Assembly: GCA_029239575.1 (NCBI GenBank)
Contig: JARBUP010000001.1
Span: forward strand, 1-49,684
Direction: 5' to 3'
From: Bacillota bacterium
GTDB taxonomy: Bacteria > Bacillota > Clostridia > Tissierellales > Sedimentibacteraceae
DNA length: 49,684 bases
Part shown: piece after piece, positions 29,300 to 40,732 of the stretch
Layout of the letters: each line of letters begins with the position of its first letter
Numbering within the stretch: the stretch's first letter is position 1
Notes under the pieces: model-generated
Seen by the model: the letters and a program-made list of their open reading frames with translations, nothing else
What the model was told of the DNA's origin: nothing
Databases searched by the model: none
Program-made: the position numbers and the translations under genes

Positions 29300-30076
29300 T
29301 TACTTTAATTCCTCCGCTGATTTTTTGGATGAATGCATTATTACATATTGTTGAACTAACTGAAATACATTGGATATAACCCAGTATAAACCTAAACCTG
29401 AAGGGAAATTCAATGACATAACAAATATCATTATAGGCATCATTACTGTCATTGTTTTTTGTGAAGCCATTTGCTGTTCGTTCATAACAGGCTGTCCAGA
29501 CATAGACATTTTACTTGTTAAATAAGTTGAAATACCAGTTATGGCAGCTAAAATAGGAAAAGCAGCTCCAACGAAAGGAAGACTCATTCCCATTGATAAT
29601 CCATTTATTAAATTACCATCAAATATAAAGTTTTCAGCAAATCCTAAATCTTTAATCCATAAAAATGATTTGTTTATAGAATCATAAAATGCTTGGTCTT
29701 GAAATATGAATTTAACTGGTTGTTGTAAAACATAAAAAAATGAAATCAATATTGGCATTTGTATTAATAAAGGTAAACATCCAGATGCAGGATTATAATT
29801 TGCTTCTTTATATAATTCCATTTGTTTTCTTTGCATTGTTTGAGGATCTTTACCATATTTTTCTTGTAATTCTTTTATTTGAGGTCCCATTTCCTGCATT
29901 TTTTTCATTGATCTTGTTTGCTTTAATGTTAAAGGCATTACAATGAATTTAAAAATGATAGTTGACAAAATTATTGAAATTGAATAAGCAGAAAATACTT
30001 TTGAATCTAAAACAGAGACTGCATTATATAACAATCTAACTAATGCACCCATAGGGTAGCATATAAAATCTAACAT
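29300..30076 (-). CDS. yidC: Membrane protein insertase YidC/Oxa1
   Basis: PL--KQ--SM--MQ, NP-SGCLP-LIQMP, FLW--DL, GL-LYW--SN. Confidence 0.95.
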   Translation of the reverse strand: MLDFICYPMGALVRLLYNAVSVLDSKVFSAYSISIILSTIIFKFIVMPLTLKQTRSMKKMQEMGPQIKELQEKYGKDPQTMQRKQMELYKEANYNPASGCLPLLIQMPILISFFYVLQQPVKFIFQDQAFYDSINKSFLWIKDLGFAENFIFDGNLINGLSMGMSLPFVGAAFPILAAITGISTYLTSKMSMSGQPVMNEQQMASQKTMTVMMPIMIFVMSLNFPSGLGLYWVISNVFQLVQQYVIMHSSKKSAEELK

Positions 30077-30091
30077 TATTTATCCTCCGTG

Positions 30092-30301
30092 TTATTTCAA
30101 TGGGTCATACCCACCGGGATTGAATGGATGGCATCTTAAAATACGTTTTACTCCTATATATGAACCTTTAATAAATCCATACTTTTTTAAGGCTTCAATA
30201 AAATATTGGGAACATGTAGGATAGAATCTGCAATTTCTTATACCTGTGCTGCGAGAGAATTTCTGATATATTCTTATAATAAAAATTAATAATTTGCTTA
30301 T
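30092..30301 (-). CDS. yidD: Membrane protein insertion efficiency factor (not in ORF track; apparent ATA start)
   Basis: Manual translation (I/M)[32 protein letters not shown]...[17 protein letters not shown], 69 aa; canonical rnpA-yidD-yidC position. Confidence 0.92.
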   Translation of the reverse strand: MSKLLIFIIRIYQKFSRSTGIRNCRFYPTCSQYFIEALKKYGFIKGSYIGVKRILRCHPFNPGGYDPLK

Positions 30302-30636
30302 TTTAAATCACCCTTAAATAAACTTTTTCTTTTAATTAATTTATTAAAAGATTTTTCTAAATTTTTATAATCACTATCAGCTGCATTTACTCTTGCCATG
30401 AAAATAAAATCATATCCTTCTTTAAGTTTATGTTCATTTAACCTTACTATTTCTTTCATTCTTCTTCTAATGAAATTTCTCGAAACTGCTTTTTTTATTT
30501 TTTTAGCAGCAGTAAAACCAAATCTATTGTACCCAAAATTATTTTTTTTCAAAAATAAAACTAAGTTGTAATCAGAAATAGAATCATTACAATTATATAC
30601 AGACTTGTATTCTTTATTGTTTTTAATAATTATCAT
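30298..30636 (-). CDS. rnpA: Ribonuclease P protein component
   Basis: RFGF---KK--KAV-RN-IRR motif. Confidence 0.95.
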   Translation of the reverse strand: MIIIKNNKEYKSVYNCNDSISDYNLVLFLKKNNFGYNRFGFTAAKKIKKAVSRNFIRRRMKEIVRLNEHKLKEGYDFIFMARVNAADSDYKNLEKSFNKLIKRKSLFKGDLK

Positions 30637-30684
30637 TGTGTTTTTAATTCCTCATCAATGGAATAAAAGGCCACGTACGCGGCC

Positions 30685-30819
30685 TTATGCTGACAATTTT
30701 TTTCTACCTTTTGCTTTTCTTCTTTTTAAAACATTTCTGCCTGATCTTGTGCTCATTCTTTTTATGAAACCATGCTCTTTGCTTCTTTGTCTTCTTTTTG
30801 GTTGATAAGTTCTTTTCAT
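30685..30819 (-). CDS. rpmH: 50S ribosomal protein L34 (not in ORF track)
   Basis: [44 protein letters not shown], 44 aa, RBS AAGGAGG. Confidence 0.97.
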   Translation of the reverse strand: MKRTYQPKRRQRSKEHGFIKRMSTRSGRNVLKRRKAKGRKKLSA

Positions 30820-31017
30820 TAAAAAACACCTCCTTATGTAGCAGATATCTATTATTAATATCTATATTTTTTCATTATTTAATTTATTAATACTAATAGA
30901 TTTTAATTTTACTAAATTAATAAAAGACGTAATGTCTTTATTTAATGCGACGTGGCTTAAATTCAATAAAATTATAAATCTTATTGTTTGCATTAATTAA
31001 AATGCAAGACAAACTTT

Positions 31018-31096
31018 ATTATATCACTTCACTTAAAATTTCACAAGATGAATTTTTAAGTAATCAGATTATAATATTTTAAATTAATTGTGTCAA
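31018..31096 (-). promoter_or_regulatory. Two tandem SigA promoters for rpmH operon
   Basis: TTGACA(31096-91)-17-TATAAT(31073-68) and TTGTGA(31046-41)-17-TATAAT(31023-18). Confidence 0.7.
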
Positions 31097-31199
31097 GTAT
31101 CTCATTTATAAAATAGTTATCTGTACTTATTCTAATATTGTAACCATTGTAATATACTACATTTTTTTACATAATGCAATTATTTTTTAAAAATTCTAA

Positions 31200-31400
31200 A
31201 ATTAAATTGAAATTGTGGATAAAAAATGATAATATTAGAAGAAACTGTGGATAAGTTTTTCCATTTAACAAAATTTCGGACAACTTTTTTACAAAATTAA
31301 AAAATATTATAATAGCAACGATAAAATTGTTCACAATATATATCAACACTTGTGTATATCTAGATTTTTTATAAAATTATAAATTATTTATCAACAGTCT
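31200..31400. other. oriC upstream part (DnaA-box cluster)
   Basis: Perfect TGTGGATAA at 31214 and 31246; variants TTGTTCACA 31327, TGTGTATAT 31351, TTATCAACA 31388. Confidence 0.85.
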
Positions 31401-31433
31401 TGGGATTTGTTTATTAACATACAGGAGGATAAA

Positions 31434-32765
31434 ATGAATTTTGAAGAACTATGGAACGAAGTCTTAGAAATAGTTAAAGAAGACACAAATCAAGTAAGTT
31501 TCAACACTTGGTTTAAACCTCTTAAAATCGTCGCTTATAAAAATAATACTATTTATTTAGAGACAGCAGATGAGTTTTTAAGAAATACATTACAAAAAAG
31601 GCATTATAATTTTCTTAAAAATGCTTTTAATTATGTTTTAAAGAAAGAAATAGAATTAGTTTTCACTATATCTGGTGAAAGCATAGATAAAGATGATAAT
31701 AAAAAATCAAACAATAATTCATTTGACGAAAATGAAAATATGTCGGATAAAAAGTTAAACCCTAAATATCGCTTTGATAATTTCATTATAGGAAACAGTA
31801 ACCGATTCGCACATGCTGCATCATTAGCAGTTGCTGAAGCACCAGCTACAGCTTATAATCCCTTATTTTTATATGGAGGGGTTGGTCTTGGTAAAACCCA
31901 TCTTATGCATGCCATAGGACATTATATATTGGAAAACAATCCAAATGCTTCAGTTTTATATGTAACAAGCGAAAAATTTACAAATGATTTAATTAATTCT
32001 ATTAAAGATGGTAAAAATGAAGAGTTCAGAAACACTTATAGAAAAGCTGATGTATTATTAGTGGATGATATACAATTTATAGCAGGAAAAGAAAGTACAC
32101 AAGAAGAATTTTTCCATACATTCAATGCCCTTCATGAAGCAAATAAACAAATAATTTTATCAAGCGATCGCCCTCCAAGTGAGATACCAACACTTGAAGA
32201 CAGACTTCGTTCTCGTTTTGAATGGGGATTAATTGCTGACATACAACCTCCAGATTATGAAACAAGAATTGCAATACTAAGAAAAAAAGCTGAATCTGAA
32301 AACTATGATGTTCCAGATGAAGTAATTACTTATATTGCACAAAATATTCAATCTAATATTAGAAAGCTTGAAGGAGCTTTAATTCGTATATTTGCATATG
32401 CTTCTTTAACAAATAAAAAAGAAGTATCTTTAGAACTTGCACAGGAAGCTCTAAAGCATTTAATTTCAAACAATAAAAAAATAACTCTTATTGATATAAA
32501 GGAAGTAGTTGCAAATTATTATAGTATTTCCGTTGAAGAATTAGTTTCTAAGAAAAAAACTAAAAACATAGCATATCCAAGACAAGTGGCTATGTATGTT
32601 GCCAGAAAGTTAACTGACTCATCCTTACCTAAATTAGGAGATGAATTTGGTGGAAGAGATCATTCTACTGTTTTACATGCATATAACAAAATAGAAGAAG
32701 AAGTAGAAAATAACCGTGAAATGAAAAAGAACGTCGATGATATAATATCCATGTTAAATAATTAA
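31434..32765 (+). CDS. dnaA: Chromosomal replication initiator
   Basis: [36 protein letters not shown]; start ATG 31434 after AGGAGG. Confidence 0.98.
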   Translation: MNFEELWNEVLEIVKEDTNQVSFNTWFKPLKIVAYKNNTIYLETADEFLRNTLQKRHYNFLKNAFNYVLKKEIELVFTISGESIDKDDNKKSNNNSFDENENMSDKKLNPKYRFDNFIIGNSNRFAHAASLAVAEAPATAYNPLFLYGGVGLGKTHLMHAIGHYILENNPNASVLYVTSEKFTNDLINSIKDGKNEEFRNTYRKADVLLVDDIQFIAGKESTQEEFFHTFNALHEANKQIILSSDRPPSEIPTLEDRLRSRFEWGLIADIQPPDYETRIAILRKKAESENYDVPDEVITYIAQNIQSNIRKLEGALIRIFAYASLTNKKEVSLELAQEALKHLISNNKKITLIDIKEVVANYYSISVEELVSKKKTKNIAYPRQVAMYVARKLTDSSLPKLGDEFGGRDHSTVLHAYNKIEEEVENNREMKKNVDDIISMLNN

Positions 32766-33010
32766 ATTTATTTAATTAAGATATCAACATGTATTCTGTT
32801 GATAAAACACTTAAACTTGTTGATAAAAAAAATCTAGATAAAATTTGTTAATCGAATTTTAAAAACTATCAACATCTAGATTTTTATAGTTTTTTACTGA
32901 TACCAACTATTGTATTTGTTTTCAACAAATTAACAGGTACTACTATTATTACTAATAAATATTTTAATATATTATATCTATTTAATTTATCTTAGAATTG
33001 TTAATAGTAA
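32766..33010. other. oriC downstream part with DnaA boxes, DnaA-trios and AT-rich unwinding element
   Basis: Boxes at 32781, 32797, 32818, 32866, 32919; TTTTCAACA-AATTAACAGG-TACTACTATTATTACTAA mirrors the B. subtilis tandem box plus trio layout. Confidence 0.88.
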
Positions 33011-33028
33011 TTAATTAAAGGAGAAAAC

Positions 33029-34129
33029 ATGAAAATAAAAATAAATCAAAATGAATTATACAAATCTATAAATACAGTACAAAAAGCTGTTTCATCAAGA
33101 ACTACACTTCCGATTTTAACAGGTATATTAATAGAAGCTAAAGATAATAAGTTAATACTTACAGCTACTGATTTAGAACTTGGAATAAAAACATATTCTG
33201 AATGTGAAGTAATTGAAGAAGGTTCTATTGTTGTTCATGCAAGATTAATAGGAGATTTTATAAGAAAGCTTCCTTCTAATTCAGCAGTTAATATAGAAAC
33301 TACACAAAATAATAATATAGAAATTAAATGTTTAAATTCAGAAATAAACATACTTGGAAATTCTTCAGCAGAATATCCAGATAGCAATTTTGATAATGAA
33401 GGCATATCATTTAATATACATTCTGATTCTTTAAAAGGTTTAATTAGAAGCACATATTTTGCATCTGCACAAGAAAATATTAAACCAATATTTACAGGAT
33501 GCTTAATTGAAATTAAAAATGGAATTTGTACTTTTGTAGCACTTGATGGTTATAGAATGGCAATAAAAAAGGAACAAATTGATTTTTCTGGAGAAGTTAC
33601 TGCTGTTGTTCCTGCAAAAGCACTATTAGAAATATTAAGGATTATAGAAGAAAATAAGGAAAATACTAAAATAACAATATCAGAAAGTCATGTTTCATTT
33701 AATATAGATCATACAACTGTTATTTCTAATTTACTTGAAGGAAAATTTATAGATTATGAAGGAATATTAAAAGATAATTATGTCTCCGTAGTTAAAGTTG
33801 ATAATTTTAATTTTAGAAACAGTATAGAAAGAGCATCTCTTTTAGCAAAGGATGATAAAAATAATTTAATTATTTTAGATGTTAAAGAAAATAATATTCA
33901 AATTAATTCTGCTTCTGAATATGGAAATGTAGAAGAAAATGTTGATATTGAAAAACAAGGTGAAGATATTAAAATAGGATTTAATTCAAAATATATACTT
34001 GATGTGTTAAAAGTAATAGATAATCAATATATAACTCTAAATTTCATTGGAAAAAATAATCCATGCTTTTTAAAAGAAAATGAAAATGAAAATTATATTT
34101 ATATGATTTTACCTGTTAGAATTAGTTAA
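33029..34129 (+). CDS. dnaN: DNA polymerase III beta clamp
   Basis: PIL-GIL, ATDLE, DGYR, ILPVR C-terminus. Confidence 0.97.
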   Translation: MKIKINQNELYKSINTVQKAVSSRTTLPILTGILIEAKDNKLILTATDLELGIKTYSECEVIEEGSIVVHARLIGDFIRKLPSNSAVNIETTQNNNIEIKCLNSEINILGNSSAEYPDSNFDNEGISFNIHSDSLKGLIRSTYFASAQENIKPIFTGCLIEIKNGICTFVALDGYRMAIKKEQIDFSGEVTAVVPAKALLEILRIIEENKENTKITISESHVSFNIDHTTVISNLLEGKFIDYEGILKDNYVSVVKVDNFNFRNSIERASLLAKDDKNNLIILDVKENNIQINSASEYGNVEENVDIEKQGEDIKIGFNSKYILDVLKVIDNQYITLNFIGKNNPCFLKENENENYIYMILPVRIS

Positions 34130-34174
34130 TATTATTAAAATTAGAATTAGAATTAATGTAGACAAGGAGCAAAC

Positions 34175-34399
34175 ATGGAAAATGTAAATATTACAACTGA
34201 ATTTATAAAACTTGACCAATTATTAAAATTTGTTTCAGCTGTTGAAGGTGGGGGTATGGCTAAAAATGTCATATTGGATGGCTTAGTAAAAGTAAATGGT
34301 GAAGTTGTTTTACAAAGGGGAAAAAAAATAAGAACCGGAGATATAGTAGAATTTGATGGTTGTAAATATTCAGTAACTGAAAACAAAGAAGAAAAATAA
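34175..34399 (+). CDS. yaaA: S4-domain RNA-binding protein YaaA
   Basis: FIKLDQLLK, GG-AK, V-VNGE---RGKK. Confidence 0.9.
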   Translation: MENVNITTEFIKLDQLLKFVSAVEGGGMAKNVILDGLVKVNGEVVLQRGKKIRTGDIVEFDGCKYSVTENKEEK

Positions 34400-35520
34400 T
34401 GATTGTAAAAAGCTTAAAAATAAAAGATTACAGAAATTTCAATGATGTTGATATTGAACTCCATCCTGTTTTAAATATATTTATGGGTAATAATGGACAG
34501 GGCAAAACAAATCTTTTGGAGTCTATTTATTTAAGTTCAATAGGTCGTACATTTAGATTGAATAGTGAAAATGAGTTAATTAAATTCAATGAAAATATAA
34601 GTAAAATAGAAGTTTCTGCAATTAAAAATAACCAAAATATAAAAATTCGATTATTATTAGAAAAAAGTAAAAAAAAGCAAGTTTTAATAAATGGCGTAAA
34701 GTTGGACAAAACCTCTGAAATGATAGGTATATTAAACAATGTAATATTCACTCCTGATGACCTAAAAATAATAAAGGGAAGTCCAATTGAAAGACGTAAA
34801 TTTATTAATATAGATATTTCTCAAGTTAAACCAAAATATAAATATCTTTTGAATAATTATAAAAAAATTACAACAGCAAGAAATAATATTTTAAAAAATT
34901 ACTATACAAATAAGCAAAATAAGGATATTATTAATATTTGGAATGATTATTTAATTAATATTGGAACGGATTTAATCTGGTACAGAAATGAATATATTAA
35001 TAATTTAAAAAAATATGCTGTTGGAATTTATTCTGATTTATCAGGTAATAAAGAAATATTTGATTTAAGTTATAGTTGCAATATAGGAAATATAACGAAT
35101 ATGGATAAAAATGGTATAAAAGAATTATTTAAAGACAAACTAAATACAAATATTGACCATGAAATACAAAAGAAAACAACTTTGTATGGACCTCATAAAG
35201 ATGATATAATAATTAAAATTAATAATAAGGAATGTAAATATTTTGCATCCCAAGGTCAGCAGCGTTCAGCTATTCTTGCTTTAAAATTATCAGAAATAGA
35301 AATTATAAAAGAAGAGATTGGGGAATATCCCATTTTGTTGTTGGATGATGTATTATCTGAACTTGACAATAACAGAAAGGGTTATTTAATAAATTATATT
35401 AAAGGAATTCAGACAGTTATAACAACTACAGATGACAATGACTTAAAAAATTTAACCCAAAATTACGACAAAAAATTGTATTATATTAACGATGGAAAAA
35501 TTGGGAACATTACAAATTAG
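34399..35520 (+). CDS. recF: DNA replication/repair protein RecF
   Basis: GNNGQGKTN, GPHKDD, SQGQQR, LLLDDVLSELD. Confidence 0.97.
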   Translation: MIVKSLKIKDYRNFNDVDIELHPVLNIFMGNNGQGKTNLLESIYLSSIGRTFRLNSENELIKFNENISKIEVSAIKNNQNIKIRLLLEKSKKKQVLINGVKLDKTSEMIGILNNVIFTPDDLKIIKGSPIERRKFINIDISQVKPKYKYLLNNYKKITTARNNILKNYYTNKQNKDIINIWNDYLINIGTDLIWYRNEYINNLKKYAVGIYSDLSGNKEIFDLSYSCNIGNITNMDKNGIKELFKDKLNTNIDHEIQKKTTLYGPHKDDIIIKINNKECKYFASQGQQRSAILALKLSEIEIIKEEIGEYPILLLDDVLSELDNNRKGYLINYIKGIQTVITTTDDNDLKNLTQNYDKKLYYINDGKIGNITN

Positions 35521-35535
35521 AGGAGTAACAAATAG

Positions 35536-37443
35536 ATGTTGAAGAAAAATAATCATTACGGCGCAGAACAAATACAAGTTTTAGAAGGTTTGGAACCTGT
35601 TAGAAAAAGACCTGGTATGTATATTGGATCAACAGGAGAAAGAGGACTTCATCAATTAGTTTATGAAGTAGTTGATAACAGTATAGATGAAGCTTTAGCT
35701 GGTTTTTGCGATCATATTGAAGTAACTATAAATGAAGATAATTCAATTGTTGTTGTAGACAACGGTCGTGGTATTCCAATAGAAAGAAATGAAAAAACAG
35801 GAAAGTCAACATTAGAAACAGTTTTAACAGTACTTCATGCAGGCGGTAAATTTAATAATGATGCATATAAAGTATCAGGTGGACTTCACGGTGTAGGGGT
35901 TTCATGTGTTAATGCTTTATCTGATTATTTAATAGCAGAAGTTAATTGGAATGGAAAATTATATAGACAAAGATTTGAAAGAGGAATTACAAAATCTGAA
36001 GTTGAATATATAGAAGATACTGAAAAGTCAGGAACTACAATTAAATTTTTACCAGATTCAACTATTTTTGAGTCTGTAGTATTTGATTATACAACTTTAA
36101 GACATAGGATGAGAGAACTTGCATTTTTAAATAAGGGAATTAGAATTACTCTTGAAGATAAAAGATCAGGAGCAATAGATAAATTTCATTATGAAGGTGG
36201 AATTAAGCAATTCGTTTCTTTCTTAAACAATAAAAAAGAAATTTTACATGAAGATATTATATATGCAGAAGGTGAAAAAGACAGAGTTATTGTTGAAATA
36301 GCTTTGCAATACACTGAGCAATATACTGAAAATATATATTCATTTGTAAACAATATTAATACAATTGAAGGTGGAACACATTTAGTTGGATTTAAAACTG
36401 CTCTTACAAGAGTTATTAATGATTATGCAAAAAAGAATAATTTAGTAAAAGAAAATGATATTGCAATTACTGGTGAAGATATAAGAGAAGGCATTACTGC
36501 TATTCTTTCTATTAAAATACCTGAACCACAATTCGAAGGACAAACAAAAACAAAATTAGGTAACTCAGAAGTAAGGGGTATTGTAGATAATGTTACAGGA
36601 GAAGCCTTAAGTAATTTCTGTGAAGAAAATCCTAAAACTGTAAAACAAATAATAGAAAAAACTTTAAGATCTGCAAGAGCAAGGGATGCTGCAAGAAAAG
36701 CAAGAGATTTAGCAAGACGTAAAAATGTACTTGAAAGTATGGCATTGCCTGGTAAATTAGCAGATTGTTCTGAAAGAGATCCTAAATTATGTGAAATTTG
36801 CATAGTTGAGGGTAATTCTGCGGGTGGTTCTGCTAAAGAAGGAAGGGACAGAAAGTTCCAAGCTATTCTACCTCTTAGAGGTAAAATATTAAATGTTGAA
36901 AAATCTAGATTGGATAAAATATTAAATTCAGATGAAATTAAAAACATGATTACTGCATTTGGAACAGGTATAGGAACTGACTTTAACATTGATAAATTAA
37001 GATATGATAAAATTATTATAATGACTGATGCCGATGTTGATGGTGCTCATATAAGAACATTGCTTTTAACATTCTTCTATAGATATATGAAAGAACTTAT
37101 TTTAGGCGGACATGTTTATGCAGCTCAACCACCTTTATATAGAGTTAAAAAAGGAAAATTCGAGCAATATGTATATAGCGATTCAGAATTAAATAAAGTA
37201 TTAGAAGAAATAGGTAGGGATAATAAATACGAAATTCAAAGATATAAAGGTCTTGGAGAAATGGATCCGGAACAATTATGGGATACAACTATGAATCCTG
37301 AAGGCAGAATACTTCTAAGAATAGAAGAAAAAGATGCAATTGATGCAGATGAAATATTTACCATACTTATGGGAGATAAAGTTGCACCAAGAAGAGAATT
37401 CATAGAACAAAATGCAAGATACGTAAAGAATTTAGATATATAG
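35536..37443 (+). CDS. gyrB: DNA gyrase subunit B
   Basis: [34 protein letters not shown]. Confidence 0.97.
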   Translation: MLKKNNHYGAEQIQVLEGLEPVRKRPGMYIGSTGERGLHQLVYEVVDNSIDEALAGFCDHIEVTINEDNSIVVVDNGRGIPIERNEKTGKSTLETVLTVLHAGGKFNNDAYKVSGGLHGVGVSCVNALSDYLIAEVNWNGKLYRQRFERGITKSEVEYIEDTEKSGTTIKFLPDSTIFESVVFDYTTLRHRMRELAFLNKGIRITLEDKRSGAIDKFHYEGGIKQFVSFLNNKKEILHEDIIYAEGEKDRVIVEIALQYTEQYTENIYSFVNNINTIEGGTHLVGFKTALTRVINDYAKKNNLVKENDIAITGEDIREGITAILSIKIPEPQFEGQTKTKLGNSEVRGIVDNVTGEALSNFCEENPKTVKQIIEKTLRSARARDAARKARDLARRKNVLESMALPGKLADCSERDPKLCEICIVEGNSAGGSAKEGRDRKFQAILPLRGKILNVEKSRLDKILNSDEIKNMITAFGTGIGTDFNIDKLRYDKIIIMTDADVDGAHIRTLLLTFFYRYMKELILGGHVYAAQPPLYRVKKGKFEQYVYSDSELNKVLEEIGRDNKYEIQRYKGLGEMDPEQLWDTTMNPEGRILLRIEEKDAIDADEIFTILMGDKVAPRREFIEQNARYVKNLDI

Positions 37444-37467
37444 TTACAGGATCTATGGAGGTAATAA

Positions 37468-39960
37468 ATGAGTGATTTAGAAAATAATGTGGGTAATGGT
37501 AGGATTATAAGTACAAATATTACAGATGAAATGAAAAAATCCTATCTTGACTATGCAATGACAGTTATTGTTTCAAGAGCATTGCCAGATGTAAGAGATG
37601 GTTTAAAGCCAGTTCATAGAAGAATATTATATTCAGCTAATGATTTAGGTCTTTCACCAGATAAACCACATAAAAAAAGTGCCCGTATTGTCGGAGATGT
37701 TCTTGGTAAGTACCATCCTCATGGTGATACTGCTGTTTATGATGCAATGGTAAGATTAGCACAAAGTTTTTCTATGAGATATCAATTAATAGATGGACAT
37801 GGTAACTTTGGTTCAGTAGATGGTGACCAGGCAGCCGCTATGCGTTATACGGAAGCACGTATGTCAAACATGGCAATGGAGCTTTTGAGAGATTTCCATA
37901 AAGATACTGTTGATTTCAGACCAAACTTTGATGAAACTTTAAAAGAACCAGTTGTTTTGCCAAGCCGTTTTCCAAATTTATTAGTAAATGGTTCTTCTGG
38001 TATTGCAGTTGGTATGGCAAGTTCCATTCCACCTCAAAATTTAGGAGAAGTTATTAATGGTACAATAGCATATATAGATGATCCAGACATAGATGTACCT
38101 GGATTAATGAAATATATTAAAGGGCCAGATTTCCCAACTGGAGCCATAATTGTAGGTAAAGATAATATTAAAAATGCTTATATGACTGGTAGAGGCTTTG
38201 TAAAAGTTAAATCAAAAGTTTCAATTGAACAAATGAAAAACAATAAAAGTCGTATATTAGTTTCAGAGATACCTTATGTAGTTAATAAGGCAAGATTGAT
38301 AGAAAAAATTGCTGAATTAGTAAAAGATAAAAGAATTGAAGGTATTTCTGATTTAAGAGATGAATCAGATAGAACAGGAATGCGTATTGTAATCGAAATT
38401 AAAAAAGATTATAATCCTAATATTGTTTTAAATAATTTGTACAAACATACACAGCTTCAAGATAATTTCAGTATAATAATGATTGCTCTTGTTAATAATG
38501 AACCAAAAGTATTAAACTTAAAAGAAATGATTCATTATTATGTGCTACATCAAAGAGAAATTATAGTAAGAAGAACTCAATATGATTTAAATAAAGCAGA
38601 AGCAAGATGCCATATAGTTGAAGGTTTAAGAATAGCTATTGACAATATTGATGAAGTTATTAGAATAATTAGAGCATCATATAATGATGCTGAAGCTAAG
38701 TTAATGGAAGCATTTGGACTTTCAGAAGTTCAAGCAAGAGCTATTGTAGACATGAGATTAAGACGTTTACAAGGTTTAGAAAGAGAAAAGCTTGATGAAG
38801 AATATGCAGAATTAATGGCAATGATTACTAAATTTAAAGAAATTCTTGCAAATCAACATTTAATTGATCAAATAATTAAAGATGAATTAAAAGAAATAAA
38901 AAATAAATATTATGATGAAAGAAGAACTGAAATAATAGCTGATGAAGGCGATATAAATGTTGAAGATTTAATTGAAGAAGAAAATGTTGCAATTACTTTA
39001 ACTAATTTTGGATATATAAAAAGATTGCCTGAAGACACTTACAGAGCTCAAAACAGAGGTGGTAAAGGAATAACAGCTTTAACTACAAGGGATGAAGATT
39101 TTGTAAAAGATTTATTTATTACTTCTACTCATGATTATTTGTTATTCTTAACTACAAAAGGTAAAATGTATAGGATAAAAGCATATGAAGTTCCAGAAGC
39201 AAGGCGTCAAGCAAAAGGAACTGCAGCAATTAATCTTATAAATATAGATTCAGATGAGCAAATTAGATCAATTATTCCTATAAGAGATTTTAATAATGAC
39301 AATGAATATTTAATACTTGCTACTAAAAAAGGAATTATTAAAAAGACTAAACTATCAGAATTTGATACTTCAAGAAAATCAGGACTTGTTGCAATTAAAA
39401 TTGCAGAAGATGATGAACTTATAAGTGTTGATAAAACTGATGGAACTAAAGATATATTCATAGTAACTAAATACGGAAAAGGTATAAGATTTGATGAATC
39501 CGATGTAAGAGAAACAGGAAGAAACACAATGGGAGTTAAAGCTATAACAACTTCTGAAGATGATGAACTTGTTTCAATGAGTATACTTGCAAAAGATGAA
39601 GAAGATAAACTTATAATGACTTTGACTGAAAATGGCTATGCTAAAATGACTCTTTCAAGTGAATATAGATGTCAAAATCGTGGCGGCAAAGGAATGAAAG
39701 CACACAATATTAATGAAAAAACAGGTAATATTGCTGGTTCTTTAATAATTGAAAAAGATGATGATTTAATGATATTAAGCTCAGGCGGTACAATCATAAG
39801 AATGCATACAGCAGGAATATCAATAATGGGTAGGGATACTCAGGGTGTTATAGCTATGAGATTAAATGATGGGGATAAAGTTGCTTCTATTGCAAAAATA
39901 TTATCCGATGACGAAATTCTTGATGATAACGATCAAGCAATGATAGAATTTGAAGATTAA
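37468..39960 (+). CDS. gyrA: DNA gyrase subunit A
   Basis: HPHGD, AAMRYTE, GyrA-box QNRGGKG. Confidence 0.97.
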   Translation: MSDLENNVGNGRIISTNITDEMKKSYLDYAMTVIVSRALPDVRDGLKPVHRRILYSANDLGLSPDKPHKKSARIVGDVLGKYHPHGDTAVYDAMVRLAQSFSMRYQLIDGHGNFGSVDGDQAAAMRYTEARMSNMAMELLRDFHKDTVDFRPNFDETLKEPVVLPSRFPNLLVNGSSGIAVGMASSIPPQNLGEVINGTIAYIDDPDIDVPGLMKYIKGPDFPTGAIIVGKDNIKNAYMTGRGFVKVKSKVSIEQMKNNKSRILVSEIPYVVNKARLIEKIAELVKDKRIEGISDLRDESDRTGMRIVIEIKKDYNPNIVLNNLYKHTQLQDNFSIIMIALVNNEPKVLNLKEMIHYYVLHQREIIVRRTQYDLNKAEARCHIVEGLRIAIDNIDEVIRIIRASYNDAEAKLMEAFGLSEVQARAIVDMRLRRLQGLEREKLDEEYAELMAMITKFKEILANQHLIDQIIKDELKEIKNKYYDERRTEIIADEGDINVEDLIEEENVAITLTNFGYIKRLPEDTYRAQNRGGKGITALTTRDEDFVKDLFITSTHDYLLFLTTKGKMYRIKAYEVPEARRQAKGTAAINLINIDSDEQIRSIIPIRDFNNDNEYLILATKKGIIKKTKLSEFDTSRKSGLVAIKIAEDDELISVDKTDGTKDIFIVTKYGKGIRFDESDVRETGRNTMGVKAITTSEDDELVSMSILAKDEEDKLIMTLTENGYAKMTLSSEYRCQNRGGKGMKAHNINEKTGNIAGSLIIEKDDDLMILSSGGTIIRMHTAGISIMGRDTQGVIAMRLNDGDKVASIAKILSDDEILDDNDQAMIEFED

Positions 39961-40017
39961 TAAAAAAATTAAATAAAATAATCAAATAAAATAATCAAAT
40001 GATGATGGAGGTTTAAA

Positions 40018-40332
40018 ATGTCTTTAAATATTGAAATTATTAAAACTCCTGATAATGATTATATTGAGATTAAGCCAATGGGAGAAGTAGATATATTTAC
40101 TTCTCCTGAATTTAAAAATAAATTAATTGACTTAATTGATAATAATAATGTAAACATTATCATAGATGGAGAAGGACTTGAATATATTGACAGCACTGGA
40201 CTTGGAGTATTAATGGGTATTTATAAAAAAATGCAGGAAAATAAATTGAAAATTAAAATAAAAAATCTTAAACCTAATATATACAAATTGTTTGATATAA
40301 CAGGTTTAAATAAGATTTTTGATATTCAATAA
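40018..40332 (+). CDS. rsbV: Anti-anti-sigma factor (STAS)
   Basis: GEVD--T-P, YIDSTGLG with phospho-acceptor Ser, F-ITGL. Confidence 0.88.
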   Translation: MSLNIEIIKTPDNDYIEIKPMGEVDIFTSPEFKNKLIDLIDNNNVNIIIDGEGLEYIDSTGLGVLMGIYKKMQENKLKIKIKNLKPNIYKLFDITGLNKIFDIQ

Positions 40333-40340
40333 GGTGAATT

Positions 40341-40709
40341 ATGGAAATAGTAAAATTAGAAATACCAAAAAAATCTGAGTATATAAGCACTATAAGACTT
40401 ACAACTTCTGCTTTATCAAATATAATAGGATTTAATATAGATGATATAGAAGATATTAAAGTTATAATTTCTGAAATATGTACTTTTTTTATAAGTAATA
40501 TTAAATTAAATGAAAAACCTCTTTTATTTGAATTTATTTCAGAAGTAAATTCATTAAATGTTACAGTAACTGATTTAAATGATGGTGAAATTACTGAAGA
40601 AAATAAAAAGAACAGTGAAATGTGTATATTAATAATAGAAAGTTTAGCAGATGATTATAATATTAATTTAGTAGAAAATAAATTGAACTTTAAAAAGTTT
40701 TTAAAATAA
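40341..40709 (+). CDS. rsbW: RsbW-like anti-sigma factor with degenerate kinase motifs
   Basis: IP---EY---IRL--S------GF--DDIEDIKV--SE N-terminal half; position between rsbV and sigB. Confidence 0.75.
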   Translation: MEIVKLEIPKKSEYISTIRLTTSALSNIIGFNIDDIEDIKVIISEICTFFISNIKLNEKPLLFEFISEVNSLNVTVTDLNDGEITEENKKNSEMCILIIESLADDYNINLVENKLNFKKFLK

Positions 40710-40732
40710 TATCTTGAATAGGCGTTGATAAT

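Noticed and set aside
30605-31349. ORFs 30605-30805(+) and 31167-31349(-)
   Set aside because: Antisense to rpmH/rnpA and overlapping the DnaA-box cluster respectively.
36423-36989. 188-aa antisense ORF in gyrB and the many similar shadow ORFs in pyr, hyd, par and mnm genes
   Set aside because: Opposite-strand shadows of conserved genes, without RBS or motifs.
37717-37745. GyrA Thr at the Ser83-equivalent position as a resistance allele
   Set aside because: Thr is the wild-type residue in C. difficile and other clostridia.
39780-40017. SigB-dependent promoter upstream of rsbV
   Set aside because: No convincing GTTT-N14-GGGTA-type match.
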